From the human T2T-CHM13v2.0 reference genome, Homo sapiens: a DNA stretch of 64,000 bases. Positions 37,233 to 50,351 of this stretch are shown in pieces. Location: assembly GCF_009914755.1 (NCBI RefSeq), contig NC_060932.1; one strand, written 5' to 3'. The stretch's first letter is position 1, and every line of letters starts with the position of its first letter. Position numbers and translations under genes: made by a program. The notes below the pieces were generated by a model that ran no database searches, was not told the DNA's origin, and saw only the letters and a list, made by a program, of their open reading frames with translations.

Positions 37233-37399
37233 TTTTTAACAAAATACATATATTAGGAAAAGAAATGGAAGATAAAGCATATCACTTCACAAGCCAAAAA
37301 AAAAAAAAAAAAAAAAAACCAAAAAACCCACTATCTCAGGAAGAGACAGAAAAACCTGAAGATATTAAGAAACAAGGGAAAACAGAAAACATAATTATA

Positions 37400-39170
37400 G
37401 ATTCATCACCTTAAGAAGGCAACCAATCCCAAATTATTGGAAAGAAGAGTCCTTTCAAATCTTTTAGGGACAGAGAATTCTATTGACACTATTCAAATGG
37501 AAAAGGAAGTTCCCTAAATCATTCTATGTGGCTACATAACTCTCATGAAAATAACTGGATGAGAATAGCATAAAGAAAAAATAGATCAATTTCACTGTGA
37601 GTATCAATGCAAAAAATATGAGTATGCTATTTTCAAATTAAATGCAATAATGGATTAACAGAATAACCACATTCCAAGCTTGGTTTATCCCAGGATTGCA
37701 AGAATGATTCAACAATTGGAATCTATTACTTGAAATTAACATATTAATTGAAAAAACAAATACATTATATTATCTTCTCATAGACGCCACAAGGGTTTTG
37801 ATAGCATTTAACATTCATTTCTGATATTAAAAAACCTCATCAAGTTAAAAATAGAAAACAGCCCTTCAGGCTGATAAAACTCTGTATCACAAAATTACAG
37901 TACACATCCTAACAATTACCGAGACACTAAACATCCCTTAGAAAGTCAGTGTGGCAGACAATATTAGTTGTCTACCCATTATTCATTACCCATTTTTTTT
38001 GCTAGCAAAACATCAATGTCCTTTCTAGGGGTCAAGGTCTAGTTGAATACTCATTTTCTGAGCCTCTGTCGCTGTTAGGGCTGATCATATAATCAAGTTC
38101 TGTTTGCTTAATTGTTGGTGGAAGTCTCCTGTGCATTCTGAGAATGTATCTTTCACTTTCTTGATAAAAGGTGGTACCAGACAGTCCCTACTTGTCTTTC
38201 ATCTTTTTGCCTTGATTATGAGAAAGAGCCATTTTGCAACCAAAAAGTAAGGAGCCTAAAGGAAAAAAAAAACAACATAGTAACAGTGATGCAGAGAAAA
38301 ATATAAACAGCTTGACTCAGTTTTGGCAGTTTTATTAAGCAGTTGTATCGTAACCAGCAACTTACGGACTCCTAATTATAAAAGAAGAGACCAGAGAGGG
38401 AAGGGAAATTTTAGTTCAGTTACTCATAGCTGAAACATTTCTAACAGAAACACCCAAAAATAAGACAAGAATGCTTGCCATACTCAATACTATTTAGTGG
38501 TGTATATTACAGCCAATATAGCAAGAAGACAATCATTGAATAAAAGCTACAGGGATTGGCAAAGAGGTCAATTTTCACCTTTAATAAACCAATATATCTT
38601 GCTAGAAAATTCAAGAAAAATTTAAAGCCACAATAATAAAAGAATAGTAAAGTGGATTTTTACAATATCAACATAAAATGATCAGTAGCTTTCCTAATCA
38701 ATATTTGCAGTAAGCAAATATAATAAACAGTCCCATTCACAGTAGTAACAAAATTATAAAATAACTAATAGGAAGGGTACAAGATCTGTTTGAAGACAAC
38801 CATGAAACTGTACTAATGACTAAAGACAGATATACTATGTTCCTGGAAAGAATGATTCGGTATCTTAAAGATGCCAATTGTTTAAAAAACTATTTTTAAA
38901 ACCCAGTGGAACACAAAGTTAAAATTCCTAAAATGGTGTTTTATAAAACTTGGTGAGAAGTCTTTAAAGTTCCAGAAAAAGATGAATTGGACAAAACAAG
39001 CAAGAATATTTGAAAACAACATTGAAATATGAATTAACATACCCTACCATATATCAGCATACTATAAAACCACAGTAATTAAAGCAATATGGTTTTGTCA
39101 CAGTAATAAATCAATCAGTTCGATAGAACTGAATAGTCAGTAAAGAGACCCATGTTTATGATAAAGTTGT
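37400..39170 (+). mobile_element. Diverged L1M ORF2 fragment, split by an MLT1J-like LTR
   Basis: GGTTTATCCCAGGATTGCAAGAATGATTCAACA.., AAGACAAGAATGC.., ACTATAAAACCACAGTAATTAAAGCAATATGG. Confidence 0.75.
37950..38451 (+). mobile_element. MLT1J-like solo LTR
   Basis: TGTGGCAGACAATATTAGTTGTCTACCC..GCCATTTTGCAACCA..TACTCATAGCTGAAACATTTCTAACAGAAACA. Confidence 0.65.
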
Positions 39171-39439
39171 GCATGTGGGTGTGTATACATGTGTGTATGC
39201 TAGCTTCTATGTCTACAGTTAAAGACAACATGACACTTTGGAAATTTTATTATTAAGGAAACATTCAAGTGGTTATGTAAAAGTAAGCCACCCATTGCCC
39301 TGGTGGAGGGGTATGCAAGAGTGCTAGTGAGAATATTGTTAAGTTCAAATATGGGAGAAAGGCCAGACCTCTGACCTCTTCATTTTTGTGGTTCTGTATT
39401 GTTCTGATTTCTCTGGTGACTTGAGATTGTCTCATTCAG

Positions 39440-39501
39440 ATCTATTGGAATCAGAAGACACCAAGAACCTCAGAAGGTGGTCATTGGGAAGGAGATTGCT
39501 T
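39440..39501 (+). other. Candidate exon E (62 nt, phase 1 to 0), DLLESEDTKNLRRWSLGRRLL
   Basis: Acceptor TTGTCTCATTCAG|, donor CTT|GTGAGT; open in all three frames, so frame assignment depends on exon D. Confidence 0.45.
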
Positions 39502-40029
39502 GTGAGTGGTGTATCAGGTGCGGGAGGTCCTTTGAATTGCTGACCACAGCTCTGTAGCAGAGCTTGGATCCCCAGAAAGAATGGGAACTCTTTCATGCAC
39601 CAACTGTGGCTGAGACTGGGAGCTCTAATGGCCCTAACACTCTGGCAAACTCCTATGATTTGGGCATGAGATCTGAGCATATGAGTGTGCACTAACAGAT
39701 CTGTACTGTTGGAGGGCAAAGCAGTCACTACTGCAGACTTTGGGACTCTGTACCAGCCCAGGCATAAATACGGAAGTGAACAAATGACCATCAGATTGTA
39801 TAGAGATCAATGTTTAAGAGCAACGCTCTGTGGCAGAGACAAAAGTGCTGATGGTGAGGAACTGGTCAGATGTTGCAATGCTCTCTGCCTGGTATTTGGA
39901 AGCAGGCTTGAGAAAGACCCCATGCTCTTACAATTTAATGCTAGGGAGGTGGGAGGCATCACGAAGATACTAGGTTTTCTACTGGTAAGATATTTAAGGC
40001 TTGATGATTGGAAAAACAGATACGACTTT

Positions 40030-41560
40030 GTATGTTTCCCTAATTGATAAACTCACAAAGGTGCAAAAAATTATAGATAAAATTAGATGTAATCTATATG
40101 TTCCCATTAAAATTGCAAATGGAATCATAGTATGAATGCATTGTTATGAACTTAACTGTTTGCATTCCGTATGTATCTTAGACATTTTCCTATATTAGTA
40201 TATGTAGATATAATCCATTCTTTTAAAGTATTTTCTGAGATCTTATTGTAGGGATGTATAAAAATGTATCTATTTTGCCCACTATTCATGAACATAGGGA
40301 CCCTTTTACCCTAAAAAAATGCAGCAACGAATATCTTTGCATCATTGTATAATTTTATTCATAGGTTGAATTCCTGGAAATAAAATGGCTATATCAAAGT
40401 GTATGTACAAAAAATTTTAAAGCCACTGCCAAATTGCACTCTAAAAATTTGTTTTAGTTTGTAGTAGCCAAAATAATGTTTAAGTGGGCCTGTTTCCGTA
40501 TTGGCAAACATTGGATATTCTCAAACACTTAAATCTTTGCCAATCTGATATATGCAAAATTGTATCTCTTTATCACTTTGTTTTGAATTTCTTAAAACAT
40601 AGGCTGAGGATATTTTCAAATTTGTTGGCCATTTGTATTTCTTCATACATGGGTTGCCAGCAGTGTTATTTACACATACTTTTATTGAGCTAGTATTATC
40701 ATTTCTAATTTTTAAGAATTTATTTTACTAATGCATTCTTTCCTAGATTTTATTTTTAACTTTCTTCTGTCATTCTGTTTTATGTTTCCTTTGGAAATAG
40801 CAAAGAGCTATGTTTTAACCTAAATACAATTCTTTATTTTTACTAAGTAAATTGTATTTATGTTAATGATGACTTCTGTTTGATCCCTTTGTGGGGGGAT
40901 ATTATTTTATTTCACTTGATTTTATTTAAATTATGCATATCACATTTTAAATTTTATCTCCCAGCCCCCCTTTCCTTAATTAAATTAATTTTCTTTGTTT
41001 CTTCTTTGTTCCTTAAGTGGTTTGGAAAGTATACATCTCCTGTATATTCAGGTAATAGTTATTCTTAAATATTTAACAGACATGTTTGAATTATCTATCA
41101 AAATGAAGAATTACAGCATTAATAGCCTTCTCTTTTTGAACAACAGAACTTTAGATTTTAGCCTGTTTTAACTTCCTACATTGCTAGTCTCACCCTTTTC
41201 TCAGTGCACCGCTCAGGTTTTGCTGAAATAATTGAAAATTTTAGCTTCAGGTTGCTTTTATCATTATTATAACTGTATTTTATATTTCTCACTTCAAATT
41301 TTTAAAAAAGCAGTTAATTTCACAGACATTATGAGCAATTGTTTAGATGCACTCTCAGTCTTACTTGTTCATAACTTACCACTATTTCTCCTCCATCACG
41401 TCTTCTCTCTTCTTGAGGTATTTATTTCTCAGATTCAGTTTTGCTTATTTAATAAATTTTTCAAGGTCTTTACACAGAAATATATTTAGAGTGTACTGTT
41501 TTACTTCTTGTGTATCTAAGAATATCTTTATTCCTCCTCATATGGCAAAAAGATCAGCCT
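40030..41560 (-). mobile_element. Diverged L1ME/L1M fragments
   Basis: AAATGGAATCATAGTAT.., TTCCTGGAAATAAAATGGCT.., ACTGCCAAATTGCACTC, TTGTTGGCCATTTGTATTTCTTC. Confidence 0.65.
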
Positions 41561-43155
41561 TTTCTGTTTGTAGCTTTTCAATGTCATTTTCCTTGACCTG
41601 AGTCCTGAGGGATGAGTTTGAATTCTAGTGTTCATGTGCCTGGAGAGAGAAGGAGACATTCCAGACAGAGGGAAGAACATTTGGAGAAATTTTAGGAGAC
41701 TAATGGCTTTTAGATTTATCCTTGAATATGAAGGAAGAAGGAAAGGAACATATTGAAGGTAAAAATGTAGTTAAGGAGGAAAAAAAAAGAACCAAAAGTA
41801 TAATATTTTATGACATCGTTTTATAGTTGAAATTGGTAGAAGTGGTGAGATCATATAAGAAGCCAAAATTACATAAGTAAAAAGCCAAGATCAAAGAGAA
41901 GAATAAGAAGTCCAGAAATGAAAAAGAGAGTGAGAAAACTGTAGACTTACAAAGATATATAGAGAAATAGGAAGGGAGAGAGGCAAAGGGAGGGAGGGAG
42001 GGCAAAAGAGAATCGAATTTGGCTGGCAAGATGTAATTGGTAACTCAAAGAAGACAGTGAACATGAAAGCTACGGAGTACTCATTTGAGAAGCTTAGTTT
42101 AAAGGAAGGAAAGGTTGAGACTGGTGGTTGGAAAAAAAATCTTCTTGAAGAAATGGTGAAACAGCTGTGCATCCTGTTTCCCAGAAAGTGTAGAAGATAA
42201 ATCTGGACATTTGAGGAGATCTGATATTGGGCTCTATCTACTTTTCCAAATCTTTCCTCCCTCTCTTAATGTGTACTTAAAATATTTTAAATAAAAAAAA
42301 ATTCTGATGATTTCCCATGAATACCAGGAAGAAATATAGATCCTACTACATGGGAAATATTTCTGGCTGAGGCACTAATTCCAGTCATGTGACAGCACCG
42401 ACTCAGAGGAAGACTGCTCCAACAGGCCTCCTTTGCCTGTCTCCACTGACCACACATATTCATTTCCAGAGTTAAATAATTTCCGAAAATGCAAGGTTCT
42501 TCCCAGTAAATTTCCTGTGACATTCTTTGTGTGACCTCAGTTTACCCCCAAGCGAGAAATGTGAAAGTAAGAATGCCACAGAGACTGGGTTTAGCACAGC
42601 TCTGATTATCTGTCCTTGGTAGTGGAAAATATTTTCTCTCGATTTGGATGTTTGGATCTGGCCCCATGGGCTTTCTCTTCGATGAAGCAAGGACATCAGG
42701 CTTATTACAGCTGGGGTCTCCCCAGCTGCTGGCTTAGCTTATCTTAAATTGCTCAGGGATAGAGTAAATGTCACTGAGATGGCAAAAGTCAATGGGGCCA
42801 TCAAGTAACAGTATGAGTATTATATTCCGTTTTATGTATCAGGCATTACAAAACTACTAAGCAATCTTTGTAATTTTTTCCCTCTGTTTGCAAAGGAAAA
42901 TCAAGTGAAGGTAATGAGTACATATTGATTCTATGAGATAGGTATTTTAATTTTGAGAGCTCCTCTATGAGGGAGAGAGTTTGATACAACCTTGTCTTGC
43001 CCCTGCCCCCTGATTTCTGGGCAGGGAAGAGCCTGTCACTGAGCAAACACAGAGGTGATTTTGAGAACATTTTCTGTTCTGTCCCGGGGTACCATTTCTC
43101 ATTGGGTAGGTTTCCCTCCATCTCCCCAACACCACCACTTTTTAAAGCAGTATAA

Positions 43156-43347
43156 ATGCAAATGAATTGAGTGATTTACAGCTGCCCTCACTCATAGCAG
43201 CTGGAGAAAATTGCTTTTGTACAGAGCTGGTTCTCAGCACTCTTAGATATTTTCTGATTTTTCCACAAGCAAGCTGTGCTGACCAGGGAGAAGGGCCGGG
43301 CATAATCCTTCATTAACTTGACAGGAGAAAAGCATTTGACAATGTCA
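43156..43347. promoter_or_regulatory. Candidate enhancer motif cluster (octamer, PBX-HOX, two E-boxes, MEIS)
   Basis: ATGCAAAT 43156, TGATTTAC 43172, CAGCTG 43179 and 43198, TGACAG 43319, TGACAATGTCA 43337, in non-repeat DNA. Confidence 0.3.
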
Positions 43348-46300
43348 CAGTGTCCCAATTCTGGGCAGCATGTGAGAGGTGACCCTGTCTATTTAGAGGG
43401 ACGATGAAAATGGGAGAAGGTATCTTTTCCCCTGAATAAAAAGCTACAAGGAAAGAAAACGTATTAATTTCTTATTCTGTATCAGGAACTGTGTCAAATG
43501 CTTTTATTTGCCATTGGTTATTACTTTGAAACTCTATGAAGTAGGTGATAGTGTTCCCAATTTTTTAGATGAAGGAACATCTATAGGGAGTTTAAGATAC
43601 TTCCTAAGGCCATGTGGCAACCTTCTTTCACCTATAGCAATTGCCCCATCCTGCAGAACAGGGAAACTAATCAACAGACCGGTTGACTCCTTTGGAGGGA
43701 AGAAGGGCTGTACTAATTCAGGTCAGGAAATGACAGTGTTCACTTGTTCCAAAAAAGTTTCAAAAAAAGTTGAAAAAGCTTCTCCCACCTCATAATGTAC
43801 ACAGTATACATCTTCTAGGTCAATGGGCTTCAGACTTTTTATAGAAACACATTTTATGTTGTGACCCCTAACTGCACACATGCAAAATGTCTCTCAAAAT
43901 TGCCTATTTGATTAGAAAAATGCTGGCTGGTGCTCCACTAAATTGATTTTGTGATCACTTATACAGTGATCTGCCATTCAAACATCACTCCCTAAACCAC
44001 AAAAATGAACAAGTAAAACATTGAATCCCCACCCTTACCTAATTTTTAAAATTATTTCTCCAACTTTCTCTGATCTCATACAAATTACTCATTTCAAGAC
44101 CTAATTACTCCATCCACTTTTTTCTTCAGTCTTCTCTGATCATTGAAAGTCTTTGATCACATAGATTGATTTAGTAGAAGTTAAATCCTGGACTTATGTG
44201 AAAGGTTAAGTTTAGACTTGGCCTCTCAGAGCCATATAAAACATCTTAATGAAAGGCACAGGCATTTGGTTTAACTTAGCTTTGTGGATTCCTCATGTCA
44301 GGACCTTAAACCACATAGCATATACTCTGATCCCTTGCTGGAAGATATCACAGATTTTTGAACTTAAAAATGCCCAATGGATGAGTGTTATGCAATGGTG
44401 GGAAGACCTAAAAGTGGAACAGAAACTAGTAACCTGTGTGGCCTGATTGATGGCCTCCAGGAACTCTTTCGGTACAGCCATAGGGTATCCAGCGCTCCTG
44501 GGTGCAAAGCTTAGAAGTAATGAATTATACTCTGAGGCTTATTGTGAGGTAGAAGGCTCAAGACTTCGCATCATGTTTCTTTTGTTTTTAATGATTTATG
44601 AACAGTCTTTGACATGAGCCTCACCACTCTATTTCGTTTAGAGAGTATAATAATTACAGAAGTGAAATGTAAGATACAAATAGTCCTATATAAATGCTAC
44701 TATAAATGTGTGGCATTCTTTGCTTAAGTTGGGTCCTAGACCAAGCCACAGAACCAAAGGATTTCAAATGCATGTTGTTGGTGGCTCCAGGGGATACTGG
44801 GGTTTCTGGTTTGCAGAAGCCCTGTAGGGGGCCAGGAAACAGAATGAGAAGTACCATATTCCTCAGTGGAATAAGACCTCAGGGTCTTATCATCAGACTC
44901 TAGTGCAAATCCTTTTTGCTTTTCTTCATGGAATTCCATCCATCTTATAAGCTCCACAAATAAATGTCTATTCATAAATATATTAAGTACTTGGCTTTTA
45001 GAAGCAGAGGAAAGAAAAGGGTATTAATTCTACTAATGTTTACCAGGATAAGGAATGTGAGGTACAAGCTGTGAGGAGCTTTCCCTAGATTTCTGCCTAA
45101 AGGAAATGTCCAATAAGCTTATTAATAATTGATTTCTGTTTTTCTGGGGTTTTCAGGATTTCTTGGGCTGCCATCTTCTTGCTCCATCCATGTACTAATA
45201 AATCCATTGGTTAATTGTACTTACCTGATATTTATGGATACCAGATACTGGCTAGGTGCTGCTAAGGAAAAATAATTTAATCACAGTCCCTTCCTACATG
45301 TAATGCAGAGTCTAGAGGCATGAAAATAATTCCGTAGTTCAAAATAGCATTCAAATGAGTAAAAGTCTATTAGAAAAATATGGGGACAGGAGAATCCCAC
45401 AAAACCTCCCAGTGACATTGCTGCCTCTGTGGGTACTGATCCTCACAGAACTGTGAAGCAGGTAACATTTATCTGCCTGAATACATTCCAGGATTTTATA
45501 GGACAAGAACAGGGCAAGTCCAAGCTGTCGTTGATCTTCCAAGACTGGGACTATAGGAGGGCTGATTAAATGCTATTACTGATAATAATCAGAGAGAATT
45601 CAGAGTAAATGGCCCTGTGCTTTCAAATGTAATGCAGATAAAAACTAAATGCTTAAGTGATTTTTTACCATTAACACAGTCATGGCAGGCTATTTCAAAA
45701 GCTACTAGTTGTCCTGTTGTAGAAGCCTTTCTCCTAAGACATGGCAAGAGGTAGAATAGATTTTTTAATCCTCCACTTATGTTTCTTTTAACCTGGACCG
45801 GAGTAACTTACCCAGGCTTGGATGTCTTCCTCATATTGGTTTCTTACAAACTACAAACCTTATGTAACCAATGATCTGCAAAAGATAGACTTGTTCCTGC
45901 AATCTATTTTTCTTTGTTGCCTTGGAAATAGATTAATATCTAAGGGAGGTAAAAACTTTCTTAGAACTGATTTCTCTTTTTTTGAGTCAAGAGAGATAAA
46001 TAGGATGGAAAACTATAATGCCATATGTAGAGGCATTCAAGTTCAAGAATTCCTTGAACTTTACTTAAAACTTGATTGAATGTGAGCTCTACGTGGAGAG
46101 GTGTCTTTGCTTTGTTCACACTGATAACTCAAGCATCTAGAACCGTGCCTTCTACACAGCAGATGCTCGATTATACAAACCCTTGAATCTTCAACAGCCT
46201 AGTGTGATCTTCCTCAGGGACATGACAAAATGCGACATGGACTTACAGTGGAAATTAATCATCTAGAGGGAATTTATGAAGCACTTACATGTGCTCATTC

Positions 46301-46584
46301 TACACCATTAAAAATGTTTGTTGCAAGGAAAGGCATTGAGATTGCTTTTGGGTAAAATAGGAAATAGGAATATTTTCACTTCTGAATTCCTTTCTTGTGC
46401 TTCCTTATGAAGTAATTGTCCTTTGCTTATCATCCCTTCTCCAACCCATATCCCACCATTTATTCTTGTTCCAGGAAGACATAGCTCAATCACATACTAC
46501 ATCATGCTGTGAAATTATGGTACAAGGATAAAGAATAGAAATGTCTAACTAAGTAGGTCTAAATAAGTACATATTTTTTAGGGC

Positions 46585-46816
46585 AACGTTTTTCTAACTT
46601 TGTTACTACTGACATTTTAGACCAGATAATTCTGAGAGGTCCATCATGTGCATAGAAGAATGTTCAGCAACATCTCTGGCTTTCACCTACTAGATGCTAG
46701 TACCACCTGTATTTTGTCCACTTCCTCTTACCCTGTTGTAATAATGAAAAATGTCTCCAGACATTGGTCCTCTGGGGGAGAGGGAGAAAAATATCCTTTT
46801 GGTTGAGGACCACTGC
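46585..46816 (+). mobile_element. MER20
   Basis: ACTACTGACATTTTAGACCAGATAATTCT..CCTACTAGATGCTAGTA..AAAAATGTCTCCAGACATTG..GGTTGAGGACCACTG. Confidence 0.88.
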
Positions 46817-47499
46817 TTTAGAGATATGTTTGGTTTCTCCAAGGGTATTTATCATTATCAAGCTGAATATCCTGCTAAAGGAATTTCAGAGAACTGCAGT
46901 ACATATAATTGAGAGGAATTTGTTAGGAGGTCTTTTGAAATGCCCTTTAAGGTGACTGTTCACTTAATTTACCTTTGTGAATAGCTGTAATACAAAGACT
47001 CTTTCACTCTTGGACCTGAGGTTGGGGTTGAGTAAATCAAGCGTCTATGGGTTATCTGAGGACTCTTTTGATTGTATATATGGGACTAGACCTTAACTTC
47101 ATATCCATCCCGAGTGACCTTACCTCATTTTTAAGCTTGTTGGAACACAACATGTTTCTATTCTTAATGATGACATAATGATGATGTTCAGATTATGATA
47201 TCACCATGATAATTATAATAATGGAATAATATTGATGAATGCTTTATATGTGCCAGCCACTGTGTTAAGTGCTTGATATGGAAATAATTCACATAATTCT
47301 CTCAACAACACTGTGATGAATGATGACAACAATTGTGTTGTATAGCAGATAAAGGAGATTATATGCTAATTGTGATCATTATTAATAGCTGACTGCAGAA
47401 AATATGTTCCTGAACAACTGATATGGGTAGAACACACTGGTAAGTAAAAGAAAATGTGTCATATTCTGGCTGTCTTTAGTTTGTTGTGTTATTCATCTT

Positions 47500-47650
47500 T
47501 CTGCCTTGTAATTATTTGTATACAAGTATGTCTGTCTTCACTAGACTCTTAAACCACTTGTGAGGGTCTGACTTATTGCCTTTGCTATCCCCAGTACTTA
47601 CCACGTAACAAGCACTTCAATGTGTATTGAATATGTAAAGGAATGAATAA
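47500..47650 (+). mobile_element. L2 3' end
   Basis: TGTCTGTCTTCACTAGACT..TATCCCCAGTACTTA..GAATGAAT tail (a similar piece lies at ~46075-46170). Confidence 0.65.
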
Positions 47651-48224
47651 GAGAATGGAGGCTGTGCTGTGTTAAAGAGGACAGCACAAGCGAAGGAAGC
47701 TCTGCTTGTCACTTCCAGATTACTTGATTCAGCCATCAGGACTCTAAAAATACTCTCTTCCACACCTCTTGTTGTGGGGATAAGAAGGTCTTAAAGGCTT
47801 ACTATATAATGCTATACTTGTGGGTCAAAATAAAAAAGAGAGTAACATTTTTGGATCACATATTATGTGTGAAGCCCATTCTCAGATGTCATTTTATTCT
47901 TACATGGACCTGGATAGGTGGGTATTATTTCTATCATTTTGAAAATTAAACAACTAAGGCTCAAAAATGCTATTAAATTTATTTTCTTTCAGATTGATCA
48001 CTATCCTTACTGGAGATAGCACTTTACTGAATTCTTTATTTATGATGCAAGATGCACATTGATCTGACCTGTATCCTCCCCCAGAAAACTCTGTCCTAAA
48101 AAATGAGTGCACATTCCAATGTGTGAACTGAATTTCATTATTCTCTTTCCCTTTAACTTACTGTGGCATTCTGGTGTCTCATTTTTTTCATTCTTAAATG
48201 AACATTGTTCATTTCTGCCATCAG

Positions 48225-48299
48225 ACCGTGTCAGCGACTACTTTGAAATCCTTAAATGAAAGACCCTACATAAACAACAAATATGGTATTCCAGTGACA
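48225..48299 (+). other. Candidate exon F (75 nt, phase 0-0), TVSATTLKSLNERPYINNKYGIPVT
   Basis: Acceptor TTCATTTCTGCCATCAG|, donor ACA|GTAAGC; only phase 0 is stop-free. Confidence 0.45.
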
Positions 48300-50219
48300 G
48301 TAAGCAATCAAAAGAAAGTAACTTGGGGCTAAAGTGTCAAGTTTAATCCTTTGCATTCTTTTATCTCCAAGCAGAACCAGGGCGAGTGCATCTCTCCCCA
48401 AACTTCCCGAGAACCACACACTAAAGAATTGGGAATTCTGTTTAGTTCTACTGAAGAGTTAAGCAAATCACACCAGTACTCCAGCACATGGCTCCAAGGA
48501 GTCTAGGTACATCAAACAAGATGTTCAGACCACTGAGCCATGCCCTCCAGCTGTCCTAGGAAAACATTTCTTAGACTAAAAATGAACATCTCGCTTGTCA
48601 TCATTGGGCATCATGTAGCTTCCAGGAAAGCAAAGGCTGGTACTTCTTTTAATTTGTTTTGCTGTTGTTAAACTTTGTTCATTCTTGTGGTCTACTTTAT
48701 TTGTGTGTGAGAGAGGCTTAAAAAAATGTATGTTTTCACTTTATCTCTCTTTTGGTATTTATTTTCTTGGGCACAATCTTATTTAAGGACAATGGGGGAT
48801 TGCCCAATGGTCAGTAGAGTCATGAGACTGCTATCTAATTTTCCAGTAGGAGGATAAGGTTCAGTAACTCTTTCCTTCTGAAAACTGCCAACCTGTGGAA
48901 ATTTCCAGTCCCAGTTTTTAGGTGTTATCTTTAATTTTGTGCAAAATATCATTTTGGCCCTTTGATGTTCCAGAACACCTCTACCTTCTGCTATTTCACC
49001 CTGTGTGTTGATTGAGACTTTACCAGTATAAAGATGTAACAGCTGGAGTACAGTATTAATAAAAAACAGAAAAAACATCTGAATTCGCTTAAGCCTTTGG
49101 ACATCTGCCTCTTCCCTTGTGTCTAATCTAGTATGCATGCATGAGTTCTGGGTACCAGGTTAGAGAATAAAATGTCCTAGGACATTGGTGTCTAAAATAT
49201 TTTCCTTCTTCATGGTATCAGAAAAGATGAAATCATTCAAAAAGCATTTTTCCCTCTGTCGACTATCAACTGTGCAATAGGAATTAGGTTAAGTTCTGAA
49301 CCAGCGCTTTGGTAAAGCAAATGCCCAATCCGATTCATAGCGTTGGTGACATTCCTTCCCCTAACCCTCTTTGATGGCAGTTTTGACAATGGAAACATTA
49401 GAAATATGCACTATTGCGTAAAAAGCTTTTTTATCTTGGGACCAAAAGAAATGCTTTTATGGTTATAAATACACTGAAAGAAACCTCAAGAAAACCTGGA
49501 GCAAATTAGTCAATTGCTGTCAAAATGACAGAGGCTGGTATACTTGCCTTCTTACTGTCACTCCCTGGCTGCAACCCTCTGAGTTTCTTTCTAATAGCTT
49601 TCCTCCACTTAACCTACAGTATTCACTATATTTTTATTTTTGGATATTAGGCATTCTTTACTTTTATCCTTTGACATTGCTAGCTGAATATTTGGACAAA
49701 GATAATTTTTGCCCCAAAATGATATAAAGAGGGGAAGTATACCATTGCCATTTAAATCCTAGTCTTCTCTGAAAGTAAAACTGAGTGTCAATAGTATTCT
49801 CTTTAAAGACATAAAAAATCCCTGCACATAAAATCTGCTTTGCATCATCTTGAATCTTTGAATATCTGTGGTCTCCTATCAGTTCACAAAATACACACTT
49901 GTTCTGGTATTGAAGACCCAGGAAACCACCTTCTGTTTCCAAACTGGGTGACATTGAAATTCTTTCCCCTTGCCTACTCATCTGAAATTAAAGTTTTGGA
50001 AGTTACTGGTGGCCTGACAGTGCCCATGTGGGGCAATTAATAATAGAAGACAAATACCTTTAAGGAACGCTTGCTCAAAACAACTTGGTTCCAGCCAAAC
50101 ATTTTGAGGGACAGGAGAAGTCCTGGGGCTGCACATGAGTCCAACAACATATTTTCCTGGTTGCTTGCCCTCTCACATGGCTCAGTCTGCCTTCCACTGT
50201 TCTTATATTCTTTCTTTAG

Positions 50220-50351
50220 ACCATACTCAAATGCATGGGCTTTTGGTCAGCATCATGATTCAGAGATGTTCTAAACACCAAAAACCTTAAAAATAATCAA
50301 ACATATAATGGGTAATAGTACATTTCAATGAAAACATAAAAGTTTAATAAA
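50220..50351 (+). other. Candidate terminal exon G, TILKCMGFWSAS* then AATAAA
   Basis: Acceptor TTCTTATATTCTTTCTTTAG|, TGA 50256-50258, AATAAA 50346-50351, T-rich downstream. Confidence 0.3.

Noticed and set aside
47993-48070. Strong acceptor TTTTCTTTCAG as an exon start
   Set aside because: Abuts a MIR relic, has no clear donor, and all frames stop within about 25 codons
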